A stretch of DNA of 64,000 nt. Source: an uncultured Wenzhouxiangella sp. (GTDB lineage: Bacteria > Pseudomonadota > Gammaproteobacteria > Xanthomonadales > Wenzhouxiangellaceae). Of the stretch, positions 1 to 8,504 are shown piece by piece. The stretch spans positions 12,334 through 76,333 of the forward strand of contig CALEIM010000127.1 of NCBI GenBank assembly GCA_937876395.1, given 5' to 3'. The translations under genes were made by a program, and so were the position numbers. The notes below the pieces were generated by a model. The model was given only the letters and a program-made list of their open reading frames with translations, was not told the origin of the DNA and made no database searches. Each line of letters begins with the position of its first letter. Positions within the stretch are counted from its first letter, which is position 1.

Positions 1-168
1 GCGGGCTACGTCGGCGCACGGGTCGAGGACGTCGCGCTCGAGTCCATGCCGGGCGTCCACGGCCTCCGCGCGCTCCGCGTGCCCATCGCCGCGCGGCCGC
101 CGGAGATGGAGCTCGACGTGACGCCGGAGCGGACGCGCGAGGCCGTGCTCCACCTCGTCGAAGGCTGA
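1..168 (+). CDS. 3' end of an unidentified CDS (partial, runs off window start)
   Basis: Frame 1 open from base 1 (AGYVGARVEDVALESMPG...VLHLVEG) to TGA at 166-168, GC-rich third positions; converges on sixA. Confidence 0.5.
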   Translation, partial: AGYVGARVEDVALESMPGVHGLRALRVPIAARPPEMELDVTPERTREAVLHLVEG

Positions 169-192
169 CCGGCAGCACGATCGCGCGCGTTC

Positions 193-687
193 TCAGTCGC
201 CGAGCGCCTTCGGAGGGACGAGCCAGATCAGCTCGCCGCGCCCGAACGCGACGTCCTGCCAGCGCGCCACGCCGAGGTCCACGCGGGCGAGGGCGGCCGT
301 CGGGTAGCGCACCGCGCCGCCGCCGATGAGCCGGCTGACCATCATGCCCCACGTCGGCTCGTGGCCGACGAGCAGGAGCACGTCGGCGTCGTCATCCTCG
401 GCGCGGATCTGCACGAGGAGGTCGGCGGGCGAGGCCATGTAGAGCGCCCGCGTCTCGCGCACCGGCGCGGTCCAGCCGCCCTCCGCCATCGCGATCTCGA
501 CCGTCGTCCGGGCGCGCTCGGCCGTCGAGGTCACGATCCGGTCCGGGAGCACGCCGCACGCCGCGATGAAGCGGCCCATCGTGGCAGCGGCGCTCCGGCC
601 GCGCCCGGCGAGCGGCCGCTCGTGATCGGTAGAGAAGTCGGCGTCCCAGTCGGACTTACCGTGGCGGAGGAAGAGAAGGGTTTTCAC
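193..687 (-). CDS. sixA: SixA-like histidine phosphatase family protein
   Basis: N-terminal LRHGKS, DHERPL, S-x-A-x-RA and LLVGHEP motifs. Confidence 0.88.
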   Translation of the reverse strand: MKTLLFLRHGKSDWDADFSTDHERPLAGRGRSAAATMGRFIAACGVLPDRIVTSTAERARTTVEIAMAEGGWTAPVRETRALYMASPADLLVQIRAEDDDADVLLLVGHEPTWGMMVSRLIGGGAVRYPTAALARVDLGVARWQDVAFGRGELIWLVPPKALGD

Positions 688-711
688 GTAGTCCGTGGTC
701 GTTTTTCGCTC

Positions 712-1746
712 TCATGAAAACTGGTACCGGCGGAAGGTCGTCACCGATTCCTGCACGAACACCTTGAGCACGGCCGCCGCCGGGACGGCCAGCAGGAGGC
801 CGACCAGCCCGAACAGCTCCCCGGCCACGAGCAGCACGATCAGCACGGCGAGCGGGTGCAGCTCGACGTTCCGCGAGATCAGAAGCGGCTGCGCCACCAC
901 GTTGTCGATGAGCTGGATGGTGCCGAAGGCGATGAGGATCGGGACCGTCTTCACGAACGAGCCCGTCGTGACGACCGCCACGACGACGGCGAGCGACGCG
1001 CCGATGAGGGGGCCGAGGAATGGGATCAGGTTCGCCAGCCCCGCCACGAGCCCGATCAGGAAATAATACTCGACGTCGAGGATCCAGAGCGCGAGCGTCG
1101 AGAGCAGCCCGACGAGGGTCGCGGCGAGAAGCTGGCCGCGCAGATAGCCGCCGAGCTGCGAGTCGGCCTTGTGGAGCACGTTGAGCGTGAACTCGAAGTA
1201 GCGGTTCGGGACGAGGCTGATGAAGCCCTTGCGGAAGCGCCGCCCGTCCTTGAGCAGGAAGAAGCCGATGAAGGGGATCATGACGAGCTGGATGACGAGG
1301 CCGAGCACTCCGGGGACGAGCCCGACGGCGTCGTCGAGGTGGTCGGCGGCGAACGCGGCGAGGCGGCCCTGCAGGTCCGGCGGCCGCATCCCGAGCGGGG
1401 CGAGGCGCGCGCCGAGCCAGCGCTCGACGGCCGCCATCGCCTCCGAGGCGGCGCTCAGGTCGATCTCCTGCAGCGAGCGGACCTGGTCGGCCAGCACCGG
1501 GGCCAGCAGCACGAGCGGCACGCCGATCCCCACGAGCAACCCGGCGAAGACGAGCGCGGCGGCCTGAGCGCGCCGCAGGCCCTGCGCCTCAATCCGGTTG
1601 GCGAGCGGGTCCAGCAGATAGGCCAGGAGCGCGCCCAGTATCACCATCTGCGCGACCTCGCCCACCGGCCCCAGCATCCAGACGACCGCCCCCACGCCGA
1701 CGACGAGCGCGACGAGCCTAGCCCATCCTGGCATCCGTGATCTCAT
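712..1746 (-). CDS. AI-2E family transporter (PerM-like)
   Basis: Multi-TM protein with LAYLLDP, GYLRGQL, IPFLGP, QLIDN-x-x-x-QP and LHP motifs. Confidence 0.88.
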   Translation of the reverse strand: MRSRMPGWARLVALVVGVGAVVWMLGPVGEVAQMVILGALLAYLLDPLANRIEAQGLRRAQAAALVFAGLLVGIGVPLVLLAPVLADQVRSLQEIDLSAASEAMAAVERWLGARLAPLGMRPPDLQGRLAAFAADHLDDAVGLVPGVLGLVIQLVMIPFIGFFLLKDGRRFRKGFISLVPNRYFEFTLNVLHKADSQLGGYLRGQLLAATLVGLLSTLALWILDVEYYFLIGLVAGLANLIPFLGPLIGASLAVVVAVVTTGSFVKTVPILIAFGTIQLIDNVVAQPLLISRNVELHPLAVLIVLLVAGELFGLVGLLLAVPAAAVLKVFVQESVTTFRRYQFS

Positions 1747-2275
1747 CGCCGTCCTCCCCGTCCGGGTCCACCGCTACGCCGAGCACCTCGAGCTGTTCGT
1801 GAAGTCCCTGCAGCCGGGCGTCCGCGTGGAGCAGGCGGCTGCCGAGGTTGCGCGCGAGTGGCAGCAGCAGCTTGACGCCCAGGCGCGGCGCGCGCTCGAT
1901 GAGGTCGTAGAGCTCGGCCTGGAAGAGGCCGTGCAGCTCGGCCGCCGCCGTCGCGACGGCGCGTGCCGAGCGCGGCGTCTCGTTCAGGAGCGCGATCTCG
2001 CCGAAGAAATCCCCGCTGCCGAGCGTGGCGAGCGTGCGGCCCGTCGTCTCGTGGAGGATGGCGACGGACCCGCTCTCGATGACGTACATCCCGACGCCCG
2101 GATCGCCCTGGCGGAAGATCACCTCGTCGGCGTCGTAGTGCCGCCGGTAGAGGATCTTCTCCAGCTCGGCCAGCTCGCGCCGGTTGAGGTCGTGGAACAT
2201 CGGGACGCGCTTCAGGAGCGCCTGCGTCCCGGCCGTCGGCCTCGGGCGAAAAATGTTACTCCAGAGGCTATCCAT
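1718..2275 (-). CDS. cyclic nucleotide-binding domain protein without HTH
   Basis: IFRQGDPG-x-x-MYVIESGSV...FFGEIALL...PRSA phosphate-binding cassette; start overlaps upstream stop (TGATG). Confidence 0.9.
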   Translation of the reverse strand: MDSLWSNIFRPRPTAGTQALLKRVPMFHDLNRRELAELEKILYRRHYDADEVIFRQGDPGVGMYVIESGSVAILHETTGRTLATLGSGDFFGEIALLNETPRSARAVATAAAELHGLFQAELYDLIERAPRLGVKLLLPLARNLGSRLLHADARLQGLHEQLEVLGVAVDPDGEDGDEITDARMG

Positions 2276-3132
2276 CAGTCCCTTCCCTCGGCAACGTGAT
2301 CATGAACATCGTCCGAGCGGAGGACGAGCCCCTGGTAGGCGACGGTGCAGGCGATGCCGTGCGGTTCGAGGCGCAGCGCGGCCGCTTCGGCGACCGCGTC
2401 GAGCGCGTCGTCGCTCCGGTCCGGGTCGTGGTGGAAGAGGACGAGCCGCCCGACACCCGCCTCGGCGGCCAGGGCGACGGCCTCGTCCACGCTGCTGTGC
2501 CCCCAGCCGCGCCGCACGCCAACCTCCTCGGCGAGATACTGCGCGTCGTGGCAGAGCACATCCGCGCCCCGGCAGAACGCCACGATCTCCGCGTGCGCGA
2601 CGGTCGGCCCCGGCGCTCCGAGCTCGTTGTCCGGCACGAACACGAACGACCGCCCCGCGTGCTCGACGCGGTATCCGAACGCTCCACCGGGATGGTTCAC
2701 CGCCTGCCGCGTCACGTGCAGCCCGTATCCCCGGAGATCCTCCAGCGCCTGCTCACCGACGCGCCTGACCCGGGAAGCCAGGTCGGCAGGCTCCAGCGGA
2801 TAGTGCCGCCCGTCGAAGAGGTCGAGTGGCGACCACAGAGTTCCGCCCGCGTCGTAATCAAACAGGTGGAGGCGGCGGCCGGGCTCGTAGAGCGGCGCGA
2901 AGAACGGAAAGCCGAGCAGGTGGTCCGCGTGCAGGTGCGTCAGAAGGACGAACACCTCGTCCTCGGTGCCGAGCAGCGAGCGCCCGAGCGGCCGGATACC
3001 GGTTCCCGCATCGAGCACGAGCACGCACCCGCCGACGGCGACCGAGACGCAGGTCGTGTGCCCGCCGTAGCGCACGAACGCCGCGCCCGGCGCGGGCACC
3101 GAGCCCCGAACTCCCCAGAACGTAACGGTCAT
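2275..3132 (-). CDS. MBL-fold metallo-hydrolase (phosphodiesterase-like)
   Basis: Likely start MTVTFWGVRGS at 3132; THLHADH, NHPGG, PDNE, HDAQY, WGHS and FHHDP motifs; ATGA overlap with upstream gene. Confidence 0.9.
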   Translation of the reverse strand: MTVTFWGVRGSVPAPGAAFVRYGGHTTCVSVAVGGCVLVLDAGTGIRPLGRSLLGTEDEVFVLLTHLHADHLLGFPFFAPLYEPGRRLHLFDYDAGGTLWSPLDLFDGRHYPLEPADLASRVRRVGEQALEDLRGYGLHVTRQAVNHPGGAFGYRVEHAGRSFVFVPDNELGAPGPTVAHAEIVAFCRGADVLCHDAQYLAEEVGVRRGWGHSSVDEAVALAAEAGVGRLVLFHHDPDRSDDALDAVAEAAALRLEPHGIACTVAYQGLVLRSDDVHDHVAEGRD

Positions 3133-3765
3133 TGCGGCACGGGCGTGGTGGGCGGGGCGGACTGGATGGGGACCGTCTGCACCGTGTCGGGGCGCACGTC
3201 GATCACGTCCGTTGCGACGAGGAAGTACGTCCCGATGAAGAGCAACACGCCGATGACGATGCTGAACATAAAGACCGTGTACGAGGTCCGGAGCAGCTTG
3301 AACTTCGTCGTCAGCACGCTGCCGAGGCCGTACAGGTCGCGGATCATGTTGCGGTAGAGGCGGTCGTTGTCCTGCATCAGCTCCGTCATCCCGACCTCGA
3401 AGTCGTCGCTCGACATGTTCGCGAAGTGACCGAAGAAGAGGATGTTGGCGCTGTTGCGTCGGACCTGCTCCAGCGTGACGGGCTCCTCGCTGACGCGGGG
3501 CCGCGCCGAGCGGATCGCGAAGACCATCGAGATGAGGCACCCGATCATCAGCACGGTCGTCGGGATCAGCAGCCACGGGTTCGAGTCGATCTTCGGGGAG
3601 ATCGCGCCGAGGAGGATCGGGAGGATGAGGCCGTTGATCGAGATCATGATGTTGGCCTTGGTGTCGGCGAGCCCCGAGAGGTCCATGTGGACCTGGTACG
3701 AGGTCCGGAACATCGTCTCGACGCCGCGGCTCGATCCGAGCGCGCCGTCCTTCTTCGCGGCCTTG
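3129..3765 (-). CDS. DUF5706 / Pycsar effector-like membrane protein, 5' end lost at a junction
   Basis: RGVETMFRTSYQVHMDLSGLADTKANIMISING, two TM helices, ILFFGHF, LGSVLTTKFKLLRTSY-TM pattern; start boundary approximate. Confidence 0.8.
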
Positions 3766-4175
3766 AAGCTGTCGCCCTTGCGGATATCCAGTGCAAAGTC
3801 TATGTCCCAACCAAAAATTGAGGCCAGCTGCATGATCAGGCCGTCCTCAATCTCTGATTGAACACCGGCATGATACAGTGATGTGGTTATGGTGCTGCTG
3901 CGCAAGGCCACCTGGGTGTCGGGGGTGCGGGAGTGGCGTTCATAGGCAAAACCGTTGTCTGCACGGGCAAAGACCTGGCGCTCCAGGCGGTCCAGGACAT
4001 GCTCAAGGCTAACCAGGGTCTTGTCCGCATCCAGCCAGAACACAAACTTGTGCCCGGGATACAACCGGGCAAGCTTTTTGGACTCGTCACAACAGTTGAG
4101 CACTTCGTACATGGCTCTGTCGGACAGCCCCGCGCGCTTGAAAATGACAGACAGCGAATCGCCGGGCTTGACCGT
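3766..4175 (-). pseudogene. internal fragment of a MepM/YebA-like M23 peptidase gene (LysM/OapA plus Csd3-N region)
   Basis: Continuous frame TVKPGDSLSVIFKRAGLS...SLYHAG...QLASIFGWDIDFALDIRKGDSF; lacks native start and catalytic domain; lower GC than the left flank. Confidence 0.75.
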
Positions 4176-4209
4176 GGTTGAACCAGAGACAGGTGATGAT
4201 CTCGGTCAT
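4161..4209 (-). pseudogene. 5' stub of a VOC/PhnB-like (3-demethylubiquinone methyltransferase-like) gene, truncated at a junction
   Basis: GGAGA RBS, ATG at 4209 overlapping the DUF1428 stop, MTEIITCLWFNHGQAR N-terminus, then frame leaves the family and stops after 40 codons. Confidence 0.65.
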
Positions 4210-4934
4210 GGTTGGTCTCCACGGTCATCCAGAACGGATTCGAATCCGCCGTAGACCATGCGCCTGGCATCAAAAGGCATGCGCTGGTGCCAGGCTTTCA
4301 TGCGTTCGTCATTCATCACTTTGGCCGCGGCTTCGTCGCGGGCTTTCCGGGAGGGCCATTCCACCCAGGAGAAGACGACCTGTTCGCCGTGTTGGCACAA
4401 TACGGCGCGATGGAAGTCGGTGAGCTTGCCTTCGGGCACGTCGTCGCCCCAGGCGTCGACGACGCGCAGGGCACCATGCTCCAGAAACACTGGCGCGCAT
4501 TCCCGCGCCATGTCGCGGTAGGCCTCCCGGTTTGCAATGGGCACCGGCAACAGGCAGCCATCCAGATAAGTTCCGCGTGCGTTGCCGACATCAACCAGCG
4601 TATCGAAGCCGGCAAAGATCATGCGTTTGCCGTCCATGGGCATCTCCGGCAACTGGTGCATGCGCGGGTCGCTCATCATTTTTTCGAACGCCGCATCGCG
4701 GATAGCCTTGTCCGGGTACTCCATCAGGCTAAACACCACGGTCTCGTCGTCGCCGGCGTTCACCGCGCGCTGGAAGTCATTTACTTTGCCGCAGGGCACG
4801 TCGTCGCCCCAGGACTCGATGATTCGAGTGGCACCAAATTCCTTGAACAGCGTCATCGTCTGTCGGGCGTGTTCAATATAGGCTTGTTTGTTGGCCGTGG
4901 GAACGGCGGCTACGAAACCTTGCACATAGATCAT
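4206..4934 (-). CDS. tandem DUF1428 (YbaA-like) domain protein
   Basis: Two copies of Y-x-[QD]-G...VP-x-AN...WGDDVP-x-GK-x-x-DF-x-RAV...VVFS...D-x-x-RM-x-x-x-GF; start after CAGGAG RBS. Confidence 0.88.
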   Translation of the reverse strand: MIYVQGFVAAVPTANKQAYIEHARQTMTLFKEFGATRIIESWGDDVPCGKVNDFQRAVNAGDDETVVFSLMEYPDKAIRDAAFEKMMSDPRMHQLPEMPMDGKRMIFAGFDTLVDVGNARGTYLDGCLLPVPIANREAYRDMARECAPVFLEHGALRVVDAWGDDVPEGKLTDFHRAVLCQHGEQVVFSWVEWPSRKARDEAAAKVMNDERMKAWHQRMPFDARRMVYGGFESVLDDRGDQP

Positions 4935-5110
4935 CGGTGGTTCTCCTGTTTCAGATGTTGGGCATGTATGGTGTTCAGACCGCTGTCGGCGCTGAGTCAA
5001 GTTCGGTGAGTCGCCAGAAGCCTGGACCAGGGTGGTGATGTGCCGCGGTGCGTGCTGGTCGAGGGCCATGGCTTATCTCTGATTGATGTTGGGGTGCGGT
5101 GGAATTCTCG

Positions 5111-5139
5111 TTGAATATACTGAAGCAATGAGTTATAAA
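5111..5139 (+). promoter_or_regulatory. sigma70-like promoter for the HxlR gene (near-leaderless)
   Basis: TTGAAT-17 bp-TATAAA ending 8 nt before ATG 5148; no SD. Confidence 0.55.
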
Positions 5140-5147
5140 ATACAACC

Positions 5148-5852
5148 ATGACGTTAGAAAAGATTAGCCCATTGGATGAGCCTGGACCCAGGCGCTGGTA
5201 TGACGATGCTTGCGGCACCGCGCTGGCGCTGGAATTGGTCGGTGAGCGCTGGTCGTTGCTGGTCATGCGCGAGCTGATGTTTGGCCCGCGTCGGTTCTCC
5301 GAGCTCAAGACAGACCTCACCGGAATCAGCGCCAACGTACTGACCCAGCGCCTGGCGGGGCTGGAGCAGTCGGGGATTGTGCGTCGGCGTAAACTGCCGC
5401 CGCCGGCAAGCGTGCAGGTCTATGAGCTGACTGAATGGGGCCTGGAGGCCGAACCGATTTTGCAGACGATGGGGCGCTGGGCCGTGCGCTCGCCGCGGCA
5501 CGACCCGATGCGTCCGCTATCGGCGGTGTCGACCATGCTCTCGCTGCGAACCATGCTCCAGCCGGATCGAAAACCGCGGTCGATGACAGTCATGTTCCGC
5601 TTTCCGGACAATACCTTCATCGGCCGGCTGACAGCGGATGGACTGGAGATCGAGCGCGGCGAAACGGAGCAAGCCGACGTAGAGTTCGATACCGATACCA
5701 CCACCTTCGTCAGCCTGGTTTACGGCAAGCGGCCGTTCAAACAGGCCGAAAAAGAAGGCAGGCTGCGGTTGAAAGGCGATCGCCGGATGGCGCGCCGGTT
5801 CGTCGACTGCTTTGCACTGCCGGCAAAACCAAAGGGCCATGCGGCAACTTAG
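5148..5852 (+). CDS. HxlR-family winged-helix regulator with C-terminal SCP2-like domain
   Basis: YDDACG-x-x-x-ALELVGERWSLLVMREL...GPRRFSEL...YELTEWG; C-terminal GRLRLKGD SCP2-like end. Confidence 0.88.
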   Translation: MTLEKISPLDEPGPRRWYDDACGTALALELVGERWSLLVMRELMFGPRRFSELKTDLTGISANVLTQRLAGLEQSGIVRRRKLPPPASVQVYELTEWGLEAEPILQTMGRWAVRSPRHDPMRPLSAVSTMLSLRTMLQPDRKPRSMTVMFRFPDNTFIGRLTADGLEIERGETEQADVEFDTDTTTFVSLVYGKRPFKQAEKEGRLRLKGDRRMARRFVDCFALPAKPKGHAAT

Positions 5853-5947
5853 GTAACACTCGGCCGCGCCGGCCGGCAGATTTGCCGCAGCCAGCCTGGC
5901 AAGCCTATACTCAAGATCCACAAAGCGTATCAATCAGGGTGGAGGAC

Positions 5948-6376
5948 ATGCATTCGATTCGTCAGATAATTGGTGAGAAGGGTAAGGAGGTTTGGTCGGT
6001 CGGTCCCGACGATACGGTTTATGACTGCATTCGCCTGATGGCGGTCAAGGGCGTGGGCGCGCTGGTGGTGATGGACGGGGATCGGCTGCACGGCATGGTC
6101 TCGGAGCGTGATTACGCGCGCAAGGTGATTCTTGAGGGGCGCGCGTCGCGCGATACGAAGGTTGATCAAATCTGCTCAAACCCGGTGATTACTGTCTCGC
6201 CGCGGGCGACGGCCGAGGAAGGGCTGGCGCTGATGACCCACAAAAAGATCCGCCATCTGCCGGTCGTCGAGAAAGGCGAGCTGATCGGCGTGGTTTCGAT
6301 TGGGGATCTGGTCAACGCGGTGCTGGGCGATCAGGCCAAGCTGATCGAGCAGCTTGAGCGCTACGTCGCCGGCTGA
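5948..6376 (+). CDS. CBS domain pair protein
   Basis: GGAGGA RBS, MHSIRQII...GMVSERDYARKV...IRHLPVV...GVVSIGDLV. Confidence 0.92.
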   Translation: MHSIRQIIGEKGKEVWSVGPDDTVYDCIRLMAVKGVGALVVMDGDRLHGMVSERDYARKVILEGRASRDTKVDQICSNPVITVSPRATAEEGLALMTHKKIRHLPVVEKGELIGVVSIGDLVNAVLGDQAKLIEQLERYVAG

Positions 6377-6456
6377 GGTTTTTGCCTTTCGCCAGTCTGC
6401 CGGGCCGCCTGACGCGTTAAACTGGTTGCATCTGAAACCATTTGGAGGAGCGCGAA

Positions 6457-7443
6457 ATGGGTCTGCTGGTTGATGGCCAATGGCATGATGAGTGGTATGA
6501 CACCAAATCCACCGGCGGCCGCTTTGAGCGCGATGCCGCGGCATTTCGTAACTGGGTTACCGCCGATGGCTCACCGGGGCCGCAGGGCCGCGGCGGTTTT
6601 CAGGCCGAAGCGGGCCGCTACCATCTCTACGTTGCTCTCGCCTGCCCCTGGGCTAATCGGGCGCTGATTTTCCGCAAGCTCAAGGGCCTTGAGGAGATGA
6701 TTTCGGTTTCGGTGGTCAATCCGCTGATGCGCTCGAAAGGCTGGACATTTCAGGACGGCTACAAGGTCAAGGCCGACCCGATCCACGGCGCGGAGTTTCT
6801 GCATCAGGTCTACACGGCGGCCAAGTCCGACTACTCGGGGCGGGTGACGGTGCCGCTGCTGTGGGACAAGCGTGAAGGCACGATTGTGAGCAATGAATCG
6901 GCCGACCTGATCCGCATGTTCAACTCGGCCTTCGATGGAATCGGCGCGGCCGCTGGCGACTATTACCCGGAAGATTTGCGCGGCCGGATCGACGAGATCA
7001 ATGCCAAGGTCTATCCGAAGGTCAACAACGGTGTCTACCGGGCCGGCTTTGCCACCACTCAGGAAGCCTATGAAGAGGCGGTCATCGAACTGTTCGAGAC
7101 GCTCGATGAGCTCGAAGTGCACCTGGGCGAAAATCGCTACCTGTGCGGCACGCGCCTGACCGAAGCCGACTGGCGCCTGTTCACCACCCTGGTTCGTTTT
7201 GACGCGGTGTATGTCGGCCACTTCAAGTGCAATATCCGGCGCATCGAGGATTATCACCATCTCTCGAACTACCTGCGCGAGCTCTACCAGTGGCCGGGAA
7301 TTTCAGAAACGGTCGAACTCCACGCCATCAAGCTGCACTACTACGGCAGTCACGCCAGCATCAATCCGCACTACATCGTGCCGCTGGGTCCGGCGCTGGA
7401 CTTTCATCGCAGGCACGATCGCGACCGCTTGCCGGCTGACTGA
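6457..7443 (+). CDS. yqjG: glutathionyl-hydroquinone reductase (GST Xi/omega class)
   Basis: MGLLVDGQW...RYHLYVALACPWA...GRVTVP...NNGVYRAGFA. Confidence 0.93.
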   Translation: MGLLVDGQWHDEWYDTKSTGGRFERDAAAFRNWVTADGSPGPQGRGGFQAEAGRYHLYVALACPWANRALIFRKLKGLEEMISVSVVNPLMRSKGWTFQDGYKVKADPIHGAEFLHQVYTAAKSDYSGRVTVPLLWDKREGTIVSNESADLIRMFNSAFDGIGAAAGDYYPEDLRGRIDEINAKVYPKVNNGVYRAGFATTQEAYEEAVIELFETLDELEVHLGENRYLCGTRLTEADWRLFTTLVRFDAVYVGHFKCNIRRIEDYHHLSNYLRELYQWPGISETVELHAIKLHYYGSHASINPHYIVPLGPALDFHRRHDRDRLPAD

Positions 7444-8365
7444 GCGGCAGACTTCCGGCCGACCAGCGATCTGTGGCGCGGCGTGAGCCTCCCACCTGGG
7501 TGGGCAAGCGGCGACGTCCGGCGGGCCGGGCGGCCAGCAGCGCCTGAACCAGCAGCGGCACGACGATCAGCGTCGTGCCGATCCAGAACCACACATCCGG
7601 CACTTCGGCAAACAGCAGCCAGCCGATCACGAATGCCCAGACAATGCCGGTGTATTCTGAGGCGGTGACCTGGTTGGCGTCGACGTGGCGGTAGGCCAGG
7701 ATCACGCTCATGTTGTAGCCGAGGATGAACAGCGCCGAACCGAACGCAGCGGTCATTGCCGACCAGTCGATGGCTTCGCCTTCAACCAGGGCCAGAATCA
7801 GCGCGGCCGGCAGTGCAAACAGGTAGTTGAGCAGCAGGCTGTGGGTCACGGACTGCTTGCGCGGCAGTTTGCGCACCAAAACAGCGCTGATTGCCAAAGC
7901 CACGGCCAGGCCCAGCGCGGTGAAACCAGCCGGGCTCATCTCGGTCGGGCGAAGAATGATCAGTACGCCAAGCAGGCCGCCAACGACGGCAAACAGGCTG
8001 GAACGGCTCAGGCGCTCACCGAAAAGCCCCACGCCCATGATCACCACCAGCACCGGCGCGGCGTAGAAAATCGCGTTCGCCGTGGCCAGCGGCAGGGCGC
8101 CCAAGGCGATGACCATGCAGATGATGCCGGCCAGGCCAACGTTGGCACGCAGCAGGTGCACCCTTGAGCCGGCCCAGAAGTTCTTCCAGTCGACCAGCGA
8201 CAGAAAGGGAACGAGCAGCAGCAGGGTAAAGACCAGGCGCATGGCGACAAACTGGAAAATCGCCAGATCACCGCTGACCCATTTGATCAGCGTATCGGAA
8301 ATGATCGCCAGAAAATTGCCGACGATCAGCAGAAAAATGGCGCTGTTGACAGTGCGTCCTGACAT
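7361..8365 (-). CDS. DMT/EamA family transporter
   Basis: About 10 TM segments, LPLATANAIFYAAP, GLLGVLIILRP; divergent from LysR. Confidence 0.88.
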   Translation of the reverse strand: MSGRTVNSAIFLLIVGNFLAIISDTLIKWVSGDLAIFQFVAMRLVFTLLLLVPFLSLVDWKNFWAGSRVHLLRANVGLAGIICMVIALGALPLATANAIFYAAPVLVVIMGVGLFGERLSRSSLFAVVGGLLGVLIILRPTEMSPAGFTALGLAVALAISAVLVRKLPRKQSVTHSLLLNYLFALPAALILALVEGEAIDWSAMTAAFGSALFILGYNMSVILAYRHVDANQVTASEYTGIVWAFVIGWLLFAEVPDVWFWIGTTLIVVPLLVQALLAARPAGRRRLPTQVGGSRRATDRWSAGSLPLSQPASGRDRACDESPAPDPAARCSAD

Positions 8366-8504
8366 GGAAATGGCCTCAAAACACGCGACAGATTGACCGG
8401 CTGGCGATCGCGCGGCAGCCACCCGGTCTGAAGATGTTGATTCTGGAGGTCGATTGATATGATGTAAAATGATGAATGCTAATCAATTATGAATATTACT
8501 CATA

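Noticed and set aside
3129..4112. Novel 327-aa peptidase-Pycsar effector fusion protein
   Set aside because: The fusion point coincides with a composition break and the peptidase part is an internal fragment broken at both ends; chimera is more likely
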